Assembly (NCBI GenBank): GCA_964199315.1
Contig: OZ116700.1
Coordinates: 5,952,001 to 6,016,000, forward strand
From: Orbicella franksi
Lineage: Eukaryota
DNA length: 64,000 nt
Direction: 5' to 3'
Positions 52,401 through 64,000 of the stretch are shown piece by piece. The position numbers were made by a program, and so were the translations under genes. The first letter of the stretch is position 1. Every line of letters starts with the position of its first letter. The notes under the pieces were generated by a model. It ran no database searches and had not been told where the DNA came from. It worked only from the letters and a program-made list of their open reading frames with translations.

Positions 52401-55400
52401 AACTGAAAATAAAGTAATGGCATGGCATTGTTAATTGTGTGTCGATAACTTTTAGCTCAGAAGGTGTTACAAATGTTTCTTTCTCTGACAGATAAGTCCT
52501 AGTCCATTCATAAGTTTAATGCCATCCAGTCTACCAGAGAGCATAGAGTTGCTATACAAAGGTAACATTAGGTCCAATAACATCTTACAAAAGAATACTG
52601 GTCATGAAGGTGATTTTAACTCATAATCGAATTTGGACTTGCTGTCGATGATGAATTAAGGGTCACAAAATAAAATAGCTGTAGGCTAGTAAGGGCACAA
52701 TCCCAGAATCCAACAACATAGGTCAAAAACAAGACAATCTGCTCTGCAGGCCGTTTCTGATGTAGGATATGGCTTAAAAGGGTTACTTCTCCTGCCCACC
52801 CATCCACAGATGCTGAGCAAGTATTTTAGAATCAGTCTAATACTATGAATGATCACTAAATTAAATGTAATTTAAAATGTATATTTTATTTCCATTCAGA
52901 CAGGCTGGACTCACCCTGGAGTTTTGCTGCCAGTCTAACTTACTGCTTTGGAGGTACGCTGTGTTTTAATGATCTTAAAAATGAAAACCCAGAATACCTC
53001 TGTGTAATTGCTAACTAGCCTGTTCTTCGTGATCTGGATGAAATTCAGTTCTTTGAAACACTGTCACTGTTTTTAAGAAGACTGAAATGTGTGACTGTGA
53101 AGAAAACTTCTAATTAGTTGTTTCATGTTCCTTTTTTTCCTTTTAATTGTGTGACTTCAAGTGTTCTTTGTATTCAGTTTTAGTGTGTTTCAAAATGAGT
53201 TGTTTGAGAAAATATATCAAACCCTCGATAGAGAATATGAACCATTAAGGTCAAACATTTCGAATATTGCGTTAGGACATTCCGCTGTGTGTCCCGTTGT
53301 CATTTCCCTTGGTAAACGTTTGAACTGTGAGCAAACGAAATGCTTGATATATAATCAAGATCCCTCATGTACAGGTTGTGTGACACCTCCTGGTACATTC
53401 TTTCAACTGAAAATGTTCATGCTGATGTGTCTGCTGCTGCTTCACTCCTCTGATTCCTCTGAAGATACTAAGCAAGTTCATTCAAGGAATCTTCACTTGC
53501 TTGTTATTGCCGACGATCTTCTCAGGGTTCAACGGCTGTTGTTGTATGGAGCTTCTTTTGCAGAGAGAATGCTTGTCTACTCGCCCATTAGTGAATTGTT
53601 CCCATCATTTTCTCGGGATCCTTTTGGCTCGGACACTTGTATGGTCAATGGTTAGTCATCCTCTAGGTTTTGATCTTTTCTTTATAAATTGTCTAGTAAG
53701 TAACAAGGTAAATTTATGAAGAACATGGAGGCGGAGGACTAAAACTGATGGTTGCTGGTTGCACCAACTAGTAAGTCCAACGGAAACTGTTTTCAGACTG
53801 GAAATTGATGAATTTTTTGCTTGGTTGTAATAACAAGTCAGCTCATAACAACGGGGTGGCTTAAAAGTGAGGTCATACGTTACTCCCAAGTAGATTAGTA
53901 ATATATATACACGACTGCTGCATTAAATTTGTGTCTATAACTAATCTTGTATGAAGGTAATAATATATTCTCAAATCTTCAAATAAACTATGGTGGACGA
54001 CTGAAGAGGCACGAAGAGCGAAATATATATAGAGCTACCAACAGTTAACAGTTTTTTTATCCAGAGATCCATTACCGCAGTTCTAATATCGTTTCGAAGT
54101 TATTTGAAGCCGAGTGCGTCGAGTGGGTATAGAAGGCGTATTGTCTTGTTGTTCTGGATATTCGAACACATTCCAGACCTCAGCGTGTAAACTTTCTTTA
54201 AAGTGTATGGAGGTGCCGTTGGCAAATAGTGCGACGGAATAACATCGTATTCATGGTTTTGTCTCAATGATGAGATATTTTGTCTTAAATTTTATCGCTG
54301 CAGCTGGGTGTATTCCTTTGGCAACTAATGGGATATGTGTTATTCCCAACATGGCTGTTCTGAAGAAGGACCAAAAAGAAAAACTTCAAAGTGGTATGAT
54401 AACTTGCTAAACAATGCAACTATCTGAAATGACCAGAGTGTGTTATTAGCTATAACATTTCAATTTGCTGGCCAGTTATACTGAATGAGGGTTTGATTAC
54501 TCCACACAAGTAAGGAAACATAAATACTTCATAGACAGGCTACGCCTAGCTCAGCCGCAAACACAGACGGATTTTCTTCCTCAATCCCAGGAACGAAATT
54601 ATACGTTGTGTTGCAAGACCACATGACATACATCTAGAGAAACCAGAAAAATTTTTAAAATAGAAGACAAAGTTGAAGGCCACTGTCCCCTACGGGCAAC
54701 ATTTTATACAACATAACAGTTTGTGAAGACTGTCGGTCGCAACACGAATCTTTTATACTTGATACTTTCTTACATAAAGAGGTAGTCACGGCTAATTCTG
54801 TGATGAGTACATAATTCGACCAAAGCCTCATCAATGATCATATTTACTTCATCTGTGCAAGCGTTAGAGAATGGCACCGTGACGGTCAAGGTTCCAGAGA
54901 AGTACTGGGCTTGTCAAGGTTACCAACTGTCTATACCTCTGAGCTGTAGTCTGTGGGCGTGTTCTGAACCAGCACAGAAAACGGGTCCGCACCAAGCAGT
55001 GCTTGATCCTATGTTACACCCAGGTCACATTATAAAGGTACGTTCATCTAATGCGAGTGCTCAGTAGGTTCTTCAAAATACAATTGTTTTAGTCGGTTTT
55101 GGCAATTCCTTTTTATCGATATTTCTTAACATGTGCTTCTTTGTAGGACTGTCCAACATTGCCAAGAGCATTTGTGGAGTAAGTACTGTCCCTTGTCTTT
55201 GATATTTCGTCTTTTCAAATATAATAACAATACAGCTATCTTTCCAAGTTAAGCTTTAAACGCTGTAGATAGGTCTAAGATGAGAAACGAAAATGCTGAA
55301 CGTGTCCTGGTTTTAATGTTGAATATCTTTAGCAAGTTTGACTTTGAACCCTTGCTGTGGTCATTGAGATGTGCTCTTCACTCTCAGTGTTTTGCCATAA

Positions 55401-56335
55401 CCAGGAGTATAGATGGGTACGAGTGAATTGTACGGTGAACCTGACAAAATGCTGGGGCACCAGCGATGGACTAGCATCCCATCCAAAGGGGGGTAGCAAT
55501 ACTCTATAAAGCAGTAGAGCATCCATTCCTTGGGAAATTGATTTAAAGAGTTAAAACAATCTTTCCTTATGAAATTCATTTCGTCTCTTCCGTCTTCTAC
55601 ACATTTCACACCTGTAGACAGTTTTCGCTGGTGTTAAACTTGAGTGGATCAGCTGGGAATGTCGATAATTCTGATGGATTGGTGAGCGAGGAGGTGTTAA
55701 AGAAAGCGATGGAGGACCCAGAAGATGTAGCCTCGTTATACATCAGTGATGAGGAAATGGGGCAGGTATAGCTAATCAGAAAAAAAAAAAGTAGTTTCTT
55801 TGGACGACTATGGATAAGTTTTCATAAATGGATTTCAGTCTGAGTATGGCATGGCTTGATCTTCACGTTCAATAAGAACAGGAAAATAATGCCTGCTCCG
55901 TATTTTTTTGGTGCTTGTATTTGGTGGAATTGATCTTGGCTAGCTAAGCCCTAATCATAAAGCTGTTATTTCCTTGATTGGTTTCCCCGGCGTTACTCGG
56001 AACGTAGGTACGCACCATGTCGCATGGACCACATTACCACCCCCGGCTGAGCTTTGCAAGTTCCCGTTCTTATAGCCGAAGAACTTCCCACCGGAAGCGT
56101 AAGGAAACGCCATTTTAAACCCAGCTCAGACTCAGACAGCTCATTTTCAGAACTCATTCACAGTAAAGGAAATTGGTTGTTAAACTAATAGCTGGTTTTC
56201 ACATGACGTCACTAAAATTCGAACTACAAAACTATTGATCTTCCTGAGATTTTACTTAAATGATGTATAAGAGCAGCTGAAAAACTAATATTCGTACAAA
56301 TTTTCGCTCCGAATGGGTGTTTGGTTTTGTGATAC

Positions 56336-56368
<33 letters not shown>

Positions 56369-56511
56369 CGGCATTTACGTGACGGCCTAGAGAGCTGTCA
56401 TGATGGTTAAAAACGTGTCTTATTTCGGGCAACTTGGCTATCTGAACAGCTCATGTCTTAGAAAAAGTATTATTTTAATGTTTTGGAGTTTCTCGAGGGA
56501 TAAATTTACGT

Positions 56512-56543
<32 letters not shown>

Positions 56544-59500
56544 GTTGGTTTCCGGCCGCCATGTTGGTGCCCATACGGGTGGGCACCAGCATGGCGTCTC
56601 CATACAAATCTCTATAAATGTGGGTAAAAAATTTCTCCGCATATCTCGCATAAGAAAAATTGCTGTGACCAGAATTTTGGCGAGAGTCTTTGCATATTTA
56701 CTTTCTTTCATTTCCCAGATTCTGGACTTTATCTATTGACCGGTTTTGATTTTTATTTTGATCTATTTTGAATTGCGTGACACTGAAAACCAGCAATATC
56801 TGCAGTTTATGCCAGCCTTTGAATTTGTTTCTTTAGTTCCTTCACTATGCTGGACGTCACCATACTGTTCTGACATTGGCAGCACAAGATCTTATTCAAG
56901 GTTATTATCTAGCAAACCGGCGAACCAGAGACTCTCATTCAACAGGTGGCATGGACTTCGCTGCTTCCGCACTGCAAACTCTGTAAGTTCTATTTATTGT
57001 CTCCACTTTGACAACCTACCTCAAATATTCAAAGTAAACTCCTCAGTGTCAAACTATTTTCCGAGATCGATGCATTTTTAATCAAAAGTGCTGTGATTCT
57101 TTTCACCTCCCACCCCCCCACCCCCATCCCTACCCAGTGTTTCTGTTTAGCTATCAAGACCAGTCACCATATTCAAGGTTGTTTTCGGGGAGGGAGTTAG
57201 AAAAATATTAAACAATTCCTTTGACGTTTTCGGCGATCGGCGACCATATCAGAGAATTTTAACATTTGCCACGCTCAGTTGCAATTGGCGGTGCAAGTGT
57301 TTAGTCAGCGTAACTAACGTTTTGACGATTGGCTCAGTTTATTCTTTTTCATTTGCAAGTGATATGCATGTAACCAGTTATCCGGCGTTCGCGAATAACA
57401 ACCATCAGTATCCTTCAGTTGGAGTACAATAAGCGTGTTTTACTTCCTAGGACCAGCCTGGCTATCGCTCATGCGAAGTTATCCCTCAGGTCGGAGGTAG
57501 GTGAAGCAATTAAGAAGTGCAATACAGCAGTACAGAGTGCTTTACATTACTTGTAAAAAAATTCGGACGATTTTAATGTCGGACAAAAAAGGGTCCGAAA
57601 ATAGAGCCATCCAAACGTCCGAAATATTTACAGTACAGTATACACTTTTAAATAGCTCCAAAGCCGTTAGCTTCCTTTATAGAACGAACTATAATTGAGA
57701 CACTGCAGCTTGAGATACAAAACGGCTTGATTGAAGTAACTCAATTTTTCTTATTTTCCCGTCGGTGTATTTGTAAAGCCTTGACCGGTGCAGTAAAACT
57801 GTCATTTTCGCAGATGTTGTTTCAGTCTAAAACGTGTTTTGTAGCCGTAAATTTACGTTAGTTATGTGTCACGTAATTGTCCGAAATTTTCGTCTGAAAT
57901 TTGTCTGAAGTGAGAAAAAAAGTGTCCGAAAATTCAACGTCCGAAATAAAAAGTCCGACAGTTTTTTTGCAAGTAATGTACGTAAGGAATATCCTGTCTG
58001 GTTCTAAGTGCTATTTTTGCGTGTATTGTTTTAATGACGCTGTCGGCACAATCCTATCGAATGCGATGGGCGAAGCTACGAGCTAGTGCGTTCGCTATGC
58101 GTGTGCATTTACTACCTTTCTGAATGCTTCTATAAGCTGTGGTCTGTTATCGAAATTTTGCTTGCGATAATTTGCATTTAGGCCTGGTAATCGTGTGACG
58201 TTAGCGGCGTTGAATGCGAGCTTAACGATTATTTTCCACTGAATGAATTATAGACAAAAATTAAGGCATTAATAGAAGTCAAAATTACTTCTAACAAAAA
58301 GTATTTAGTTCGTCAACAGTACGTCAGTGATGACCGAAGAGACGTTCGGAGGCGGGAAAACGTTGAACAGCAGCCGTGGAGCTTGCGCAGCAGTTGATTT
58401 CCCGAGTTAAGCTTTGAGCGTAAAAAATACATTATTCAGTCCCTATATATAAATCTGTTGTCGTAGTAATTCTGTAAGTCCTAAATATACCTAAACAGGA
58501 AACATTAATCGAGAACGGCTCAGTAACCTTTGAAGTGTGGGAAATAATTTTAACGTTTTTTCCTGCTATGTGGATCGTAGTACCGTTTAGACATTTCATT
58601 GAATTTGCATATGATTTTAACTGTAGTGAGACTGGTTTGCTGCTTCTCAATATTCTTCGACGCATTACATAACAATGACAGCCGATTCGTTTGTAGAATG
58701 ATACCTTCTATCCATCAAGTGAAATGTGTGTTACGTATTTTATAACATATTTTATTGCACAGCAGGTCATGAAGATCCTGAATTGACGTTCAGTATGCGT
58801 TGATACTTCTCTTATGCTGAATTCGAATCAGACTCATGTTCACTGAACATGAAAAAAAAAACATGTCTAAAGATTTTTTTAGCGTGGTTTGATATAATCA
58901 GCGATTTGTTTATGATTTTAAGTTGAGGGATCCGTAGTGACTACAACTGCAAATCACCGGAAAAGTTATTTGGTTGGTTTAACGTTTGCAATGAAAAAAG
59001 AAATATCAGAGACTTGATGTTCATTGGAAACACATCGGCTCTGAGAATCGAAAAAGGCAGGTAAGATTTGATGTAAACTTTCTTAATATGTCTCAGCCGA
59101 GAAATGCTAAAGTCAGATAAGTAAACAATCGATTCCAAAACTTTTGAAACCGCAAGCAAGTCAGCGTATCATTTTTTTTAAGAAGCGATCATCTCGTGAG
59201 AAAAAGCCGTCTGTTTTGACGTAGGAGTGCGAACAGTAATAAAGCGTCGTCATAACCGTTCATAAGCACAACTATTGTATTTTAAATACATGTTAAGTGG
59301 TGTGTATAATCATCTCACTTGATTTTAATTTCGGTAAAATTTGCTCTTTTTCGTTCCGCGACTTCTCAAAATGTTGAAACAAATAATAATTCGACACAGT
59401 TACGGGTCAACAAGAAAAGTATTGGGTTCTGCGTCGAGTAAAATTCAGAGGTTTACTTGTTAAGCGATGCAGTTTACGAAAGTGATCTCAGTCTCCCATT

Positions 59501-62500
59501 AAGACGAAGAATACACTCGATAAATAATCGTTTTTCAGCTGAATTATAATAAAACTGGATCGTGCTGTAGTTAAAAGTAAAGTGTCCGACTTACCAGGAG
59601 CTAGCCTGGCACTACCAAAAAGTACTATTTTTAAGTTATTATTACAAGAAAATGGCCACTTTTTCGAACGAGTTATTATTAGCACTTTTCCTGTAAACTT
59701 TGTTTAGGTTTCGTTTTCGCATATTGTTCACTTTTGATATGATGCGGGATTAACGTCTAATATTTTAGAATTACAAAATGATCAGTAGGTATTGTTAAAA
59801 ACTGCTAAATTTAAAATTTCTTTTGTTGGAAGTAACTTTTTACCTAACGGTCACCTGTCTTTGGTCCCAATAATAGTTGTTTTTTCACACGAATTACAAT
59901 TTAAATATGTTTTGGAAAAAGAGTCCTCGCATTTTCACTAACTACCAAGTTAAATCGAGAAAGCTTCCCTGTATAGCGTTCGAAGAGGGCGAACCATGAA
60001 GGAAATAACCATTCGAAAAGCGGTGGCGACCGACTTTGCAGCCATTCTGGAGATGTCAGAGGGGATTTACAGCGGCCATGATTACTTCCCGTGTATTTTC
60101 CACCAGTGGCTGGCCAAACCAAACCGCACGATTTTTGTTGCTCAGTATGGAGACAAACTCGTTGGTTTGAGAGCAGTTCACATCGTGGACGAAGGCAAGA
60201 CGTTTATCAGTCAAGGCTTGCGAATTCACCCCAGGTTCCGTGGATTGGGGTTAAGTACTCGGTTGATCGACGCCATACATCAGCACATAAGACGGGAATA
60301 TCCCAAGGTTTGCCGAGAACGTTTCACGACCAAGTCCGACAACATTGAACGACTTGCCATTCAGAAAAAATACGGTGACACCGCCTTGTGTGAGCGAGAT
60401 ATTTTTGCCTATTACGTCAACAGGGAAAGCCTGAAACCGCATCATCTGGAAGAGGTGGCGACCAATTTTGACGTGAAGGTCAAACCCTGTACAAGAATGT
60501 TTGTTTACAATTCTATTCTGGACGATTCAGTAGCAAACATGTTTCCTGGTCGTACGATCATCATCGACTGGGAACCTTTCGAAGCTCTCCGATCCAATAT
60601 CGATTGCATTTTTGAAGACGGCGATTGCGTCTTCTCGGACCGAGATGCAGACGACTGCTCCAATGGTCAGCTACCGAAGTCATTCGCGCATGGTCGGCGC
60701 TCGCCCCGAGTGCAGCACATGCATTGGGTGGCGTCCATTTACACAGAAGATCCAGTCATGTTCCAAGTGCATGTTGTTCAACAGCTGAGGAGCGCATGTC
60801 AGCAAGTGGAAGGTGATTTCATCTTCTCCACTTTTCACAAAGAGCGTCACACCAAATGGGGCAAGAAGCTTTTAGAAGAGAAGATCGGAATGAAACCTGT
60901 GGAATTCTTCCGTGATTTTGGACTGATGATGTTTGAACGAACATTTAAATGACTTGTGATCTGTAATAATTTAATTGTGCTCTTACTGAAATATTATTAG
61001 TAAAGCAATTGACTGAAGTTAGCAATGCATGTGCTAAATCTTGTTGACACTCAAATAAAGTTTATTTATGTATGTCATGTATGTATATTACAGAAGTTAT
61101 TACTTCCTTTCTCTTTTTTAAGGAGTGATGTATTTTGTTATCTTCTGAAATACAAATAATAAACTTGTCGTCCAATGACAATCATTTTCGCAATGTTCTA
61201 AAAAAGTGTTAAGTTATTCCCGGGCTTAGCGACCAAAATGCCGAATTTTAACCACTGAAAGCTGTTTTTCTTTTTATTGAAAGGTTTTGGAAGAAGATGC
61301 TGTTGTAGCCATCGTATTTTACGAAGACTCAGTAAAATGGAAATATGGTAATAATGCAAACTTCGGCTGGGCTGTATGACCCCCCTTCTCTCACCTCATC
61401 GGTTGTAGAATGTTGGAAATGTCAAATTATTTCTTTACTCATCTACTTATATCGATCTACTATGCTGCTCATTAAGTAGAATACCATTTAGTAAGCTACT
61501 CATATCGACTAGGGTTCGACTCAATCTTTCAGACCTAACTATGGGGGGCCAATCGTTAAGATTTCACAGATTCCAACACAACAATTTTTTTTCCAGGAGA
61601 AGCTTGATATGCCAGGTTTTGCGTTTATTTCCTTCGATGAACGCCAAAGCATTGAGATGAAGACTCGTTTCTTACATTAGTAATTTTACCTGTCAATAGG
61701 CTTTTCGTCTCTTGGTCCTGTTGATCCTCCTTCGCCCGGTGAAGATGCTTCAGAATTTTTTGGTGCAAAGGTTAGTCTTCGTTACCTCCCTAAGCACTGG
61801 AGCGACATACGCTTCAGTAATTAAATAATCCGTCCATCCCTACCAAGGGGCGTTTTTGAAAATGCGCAGTGACCTCTTTATTGTTAAAAAGGATGAGGAA
61901 TTAGTTTTGCCAAAAGAGTTCTTTACCTTTTCTTCACTTCAGCATGCACTTTTATTGTCCTCTTAAGAACGTTCCTGAAGGGGGGCGGGTGGGGGTGGTG
62001 TTCAAATCCTATTTTCCAGCCCAGATTTTGCTCAAAAAATCCCATTTCACGGCCAATTTTTTCCCAAAATTCATTCCCGTTCTCAATTTTTTGTTTGTGA
62101 TTCCCAGTCCTAGTGGCCTAAATCCGATTTTCCCAGTGATCAAACAGACAAATTCCAGTTTCCATTTTACCACCCAGTGAGGCCCCACCAAAAGACCCGA
62201 GAGGTAATTTACGGGACAAACGGGTCTGTAGGCGAGGAAACCTAAAACTAGACTAAATGAAGGGGACTTCAATTTCAGGGGACCGGAAGGGAGACGGGGA
62301 ACCCTACAGCTACAGGTAATTCTCCTTCCGCCCGCCCGCCTGCAAGGGTTCAACTTGATTAACTTTGCGTATTTGGATTACAATATAATCCACATGTATG
62401 TGAGTCAACTTCGGTCAATTTTGTAGTTGACTGTAATGCAAATAAAAGCTAACCGTGGAAAGGGCTATTCTGTCACGCTGGCTGCTAAACTAGACAGATT

Positions 62501-62921
62501 CATTTGCACAATAGCCTTATAACTAGACGCTTTTGGGGCTCAAAAGATTGCGTGACGAGCCCAAAAAGGATGTGCTTTGGAGGCTAGCCAAGCACTCAAC
62601 GTTCATTCATCTATTGGACGTTGGGATTGTTTCCAGTTCTTTTCGCCCTTGACGGACTCGAGAAAGCCGCGGAAATCGAGCCTACCTTGAAGGGGGATCC
62701 GACGTTCCGACCAAATTTCCAGACGATGTGATCGGGGAGCAATTAGATTTTGTGAGAGTGATCTTTACATTTCAAAACTGGTGTCTATTTTTGAAATTTG
62801 TTCTGCTATTTTCCAGAATGATTGCAGGATGCAACAAATCCATGGTAGAATTCGACGTTTCTGCTCAAGTTTTAAAGATGGTTATTCAACTTCCTTCGTA
62901 GCGTTTCCACACGAGGAGTAA
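46449..62921 (+). CDS. MCMDC2: MCM domain-containing protein 2 (meiotic, catalytically degenerate MCM paralog), 702 aa
   Basis: 22 exons: 46449-46553, 49224-49284, 49398-49456, 49993-50096, 50426-50521, 50665-50769, 50961-51028, 51272-51376, 51717-51826, 52159-52176, 52492-52561, 52900-52953, 53375-53650, 54304-54393, 54862-55037, 55147-55178, 55618-55765, 56837-56982, 57451-57496, 61284-61347, 61700-61770, 62817-62921 (2109 bp total, frame intact). Recognisable blocks: VYRF, TLGNLVLTEP, ARFYCPQSEC..YIRVH, CKYC, TPPGTF, AGCIPLATNGICVI, GYYLANRRTR, AHAKLSLR, VLEEDA. Confidence 0.9.
47097..47326. mobile_element. Penelope-like retroelement terminus as an inverted pair carrying minimal hammerhead ribozyme motifs
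   Basis: 100-bp arms (47097-47196 and 47198-47297) around a single G; CTGAAGA...GTCGAAACGTC core; AGACTTGACA duplicated on both flanks (47085-47094, 47330-47339); inserted inside another repeat. Confidence 0.7.
47465..48525 (-). mobile_element. Degenerate Crypton-type (tyrosine recombinase, DUF3504-associated) element in MCMDC2 intron 1
   Basis: Translation NAVPKSTAYKAKWSCKVFKEW...LNYWLSKFIQEV..SGERYPSR*LYSIICRLKCHL resembles the N-terminal region of Crypton/ZMYM-type proteins. In-frame stop, then a GTAAG donor after 47753. Hairpins at both ends (about 47472-47500 and 48376-48520). Confidence 0.65.
56189..56797. mobile_element. Non-autonomous DNA element with (A)TAGCTGGTTTTCA termini
   Basis: ATAGCTGGTTTTCACATGACGTCAC / GCGTGACACTGAAAACCAGCAAT; internal hairpin GCCATGTTGGTGCCCA..TGGGCACCAGCATGGC; CpG retained, so probably young. 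Confidence 0.65.
57543..57980. mobile_element. DNA element with TACATTACTTG TIRs and TTCGGAC/GTCCGAA subterminal repeats
   Basis: TACATTACTTGTAAAAAAA / TTTTTTTGCAAGTAATGTA; multiple (T)TCGGAC at the left end and GTCCGA at the right end; a similar array at about 20318-20400. Confidence 0.65.
59996..60952 (+). CDS. NAT16: GNAT N-acetyltransferase, NAT16 / histidine N-acetyltransferase-like, 318 aa, nested in MCMDC2 intron 19
   Basis: Uninterrupted 957-bp ORF. SEGIYSGHDYFP..FHQWL..PNRTIFVA..VDEGKT..QGLRIHPRFRGLGLS includes the acetyl-CoA-binding motif A and matches the NAT16 family pattern. AATAAA at 61054-61059 with a GT-rich downstream element. Possible upstream coding exon at 59017-59060. 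Confidence 0.88.
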   Translation: MKEITIRKAVATDFAAILEMSEGIYSGHDYFPCIFHQWLAKPNRTIFVAQYGDKLVGLRAVHIVDEGKTFISQGLRIHPRFRGLGLSTRLIDAIHQHIRREYPKVCRERFTTKSDNIERLAIQKKYGDTALCERDIFAYYVNRESLKPHHLEEVATNFDVKVKPCTRMFVYNSILDDSVANMFPGRTIIIDWEPFEALRSNIDCIFEDGDCVFSDRDADDCSNGQLPKSFAHGRRSPRVQHMHWVASIYTEDPVMFQVHVVQQLRSACQQVEGDFIFSTFHKERHTKWGKKLLEEKIGMKPVEFFRDFGLMMFERTFK

Positions 62922-63157
62922 AAAAATAAACGAAGCCGTTTCGGACTCGGATGATTCGGTCGCGAAATAAAGTATGGCGGAAATTTATATAAGAATTGTA
63001 CGATGTTAAATATTTCGAATGTGTACGATTACATGTAAATCCTATGAATTATTTGAGGAAGAATTATTTTTATGTACAGGCGGCAAAGAATAAATAAAGT
63101 TGTGCCGTTCAACGTTTCGATTTGTTCTGTGTTTTTCTGAAGTCTTATACAAGGAAA

Positions 63158-63393
63158 AGGGCAGGTATGTTTTGCAGGTTGCAGGTTGAAAAATCGACTT
63201 TTCTCACTCGGACTTAAAAGTCCGAATGAGTCTACTCAGCACTTCGGTTAGCCGGAATGACACTCCTGTTAGCCTAAATTAGCTTAGGTTGCTTGTGGTT
63301 AGCCTCTATTCTGGGGTTTATTCGACTTCAACTCAAATAAACAAGTCGTTTCAGCCTGCAACCTACAACCTGCAACCCACAAAATATACCCGT
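63158..63393. mobile_element. MITE with GCAGGTT/AACCTGC subrepeats
   Basis: GGGCAGGTATGTTTTGCAGGTTGCAGGTTG mirrored by CAACCTACAACCTGCAACCCACAAAATATACCC; AAGGAAAAG(G) on both flanks. Confidence 0.6.
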
Positions 63394-63617
63394 CGAAGGA
63401 AAAGGTTTGAAGTGTACATTGCTGAGGTGACCTGGCACTAGGCACTAAGGCAGTAGTTTATTTCCGCTGGCCATTTTGCGGTGCGCTGTGTGTCGTCATA
63501 GCAACGATTATGTATCGCAATCGAAGTCCCTTATTAGCGCGTTTGTTCACGGCAGGCAGATGTTTTGAGATAAAAAGTTATCGCATTTAGATACAAAAGT
63601 CGGCAATTTTTGCCGAA

Positions 63618-63696
63618 ATGGCTGAGGTAATGTATGGACTGGTATCAGAAGCGAGGAAAAATCGGTTTTCAGCGATACCGAAGCTTACGGAAGAAG
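63618..63696 (+). CDS. Probable first coding exon of an unidentified gene continuing beyond the right edge
   Basis: ATG in good context (GAAATGG), open frame MAEVMYGLVSEARKNRFSAIPKLTEE, strong donor G|GTAAGT, CpG-rich upstream region with a YY1-like GCCATTTTG. Product not recognised. Confidence 0.4.
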
Positions 63697-64000
63697 GTAA
63701 GTTAATTGAGAAACCAAGGACTCCCATAATCGAGTCCTTGTCTGTTGCCTTTTCTGCCTTTATGTATGTTGCTTTGCTGAGTTTCGTTTTGAGTGTATTA
63801 CCATAATTTGATGTTGCAGATATCGTGAATGTATGGGACAATGTGTCGAAATTCATCGAAAGACAAATGGCGCTTCAAAAGGTTAGGAAATTCAGTGTTC
63901 CAAAATTTCACTTCACGCACGTGCAATGGAATGTTTCTTGTACCGCGAGCTTCGCGCGTTTATTGAAATCTCGAGAAAGTTTTATAATCACTACTGCAGA

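Noticed and set aside
53161-53374. Open frame upstream of and contiguous with MCMDC2 exon 13
   Set aside because: No similarity to MCM sequence; the acceptor at 53374 gives the correct phase-1 join with exon 12.
58766-58802. Possible terminal MCMDC2 exon GHEDPELTFSMR*
   Set aside because: Wrong phase for exon 19, and the homologous C-terminus is found at 61284-62921.
19693-60952. Osmolyte/stress 'cluster' (proline reductase, histidine acetyltransferase, globin)
   Set aside because: The genes are separated by unrelated loci; proximity in an animal genome is not evidence of co-function.

Overview
Eukaryotic, intron-rich, AT-rich animal DNA, most likely from an anthozoan or stony coral (inferred from the repeat landscape and gene set, not provable here). 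I reconstructed these gene models by hand from GT-AG sites and frame continuity: (1) the 5' part of a SAMD5-like SAM-domain gene (-, runs off the left edge); (2) PCNP (+); (3) a class A GPCR with an intronless CDS and an NQF motif in place of DRY (-); (4) a PYCR3-like P5C reductase (-); (5) an N-acylated globin (+); (6) SEC63 (-, 22 coding exons); (7) MCMDC2 (+, 22 coding exons, including an 18-bp microexon); (8) a NAT16/HISAT-like GNAT acetyltransferase nested on the SAME strand inside MCMDC2 intron 19; (9) the probable first exon of an unknown gene at the right edge. Six of these genes form three head-to-head pairs. Introns and intergenic DNA are full of MITEs and SINEs, many with readable TSDs (5, 6 and 9 bp). 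There is also a Crypton-type tyrosine-recombinase relic and a 200-bp palindrome made of two Penelope-type minimal hammerhead ribozyme copies. I found no tRNA, rRNA or CRISPR. Most short ORFs in the supplied track are spurious. The best leads are the nested same-strand acetyltransferase and the hammerhead palindrome.
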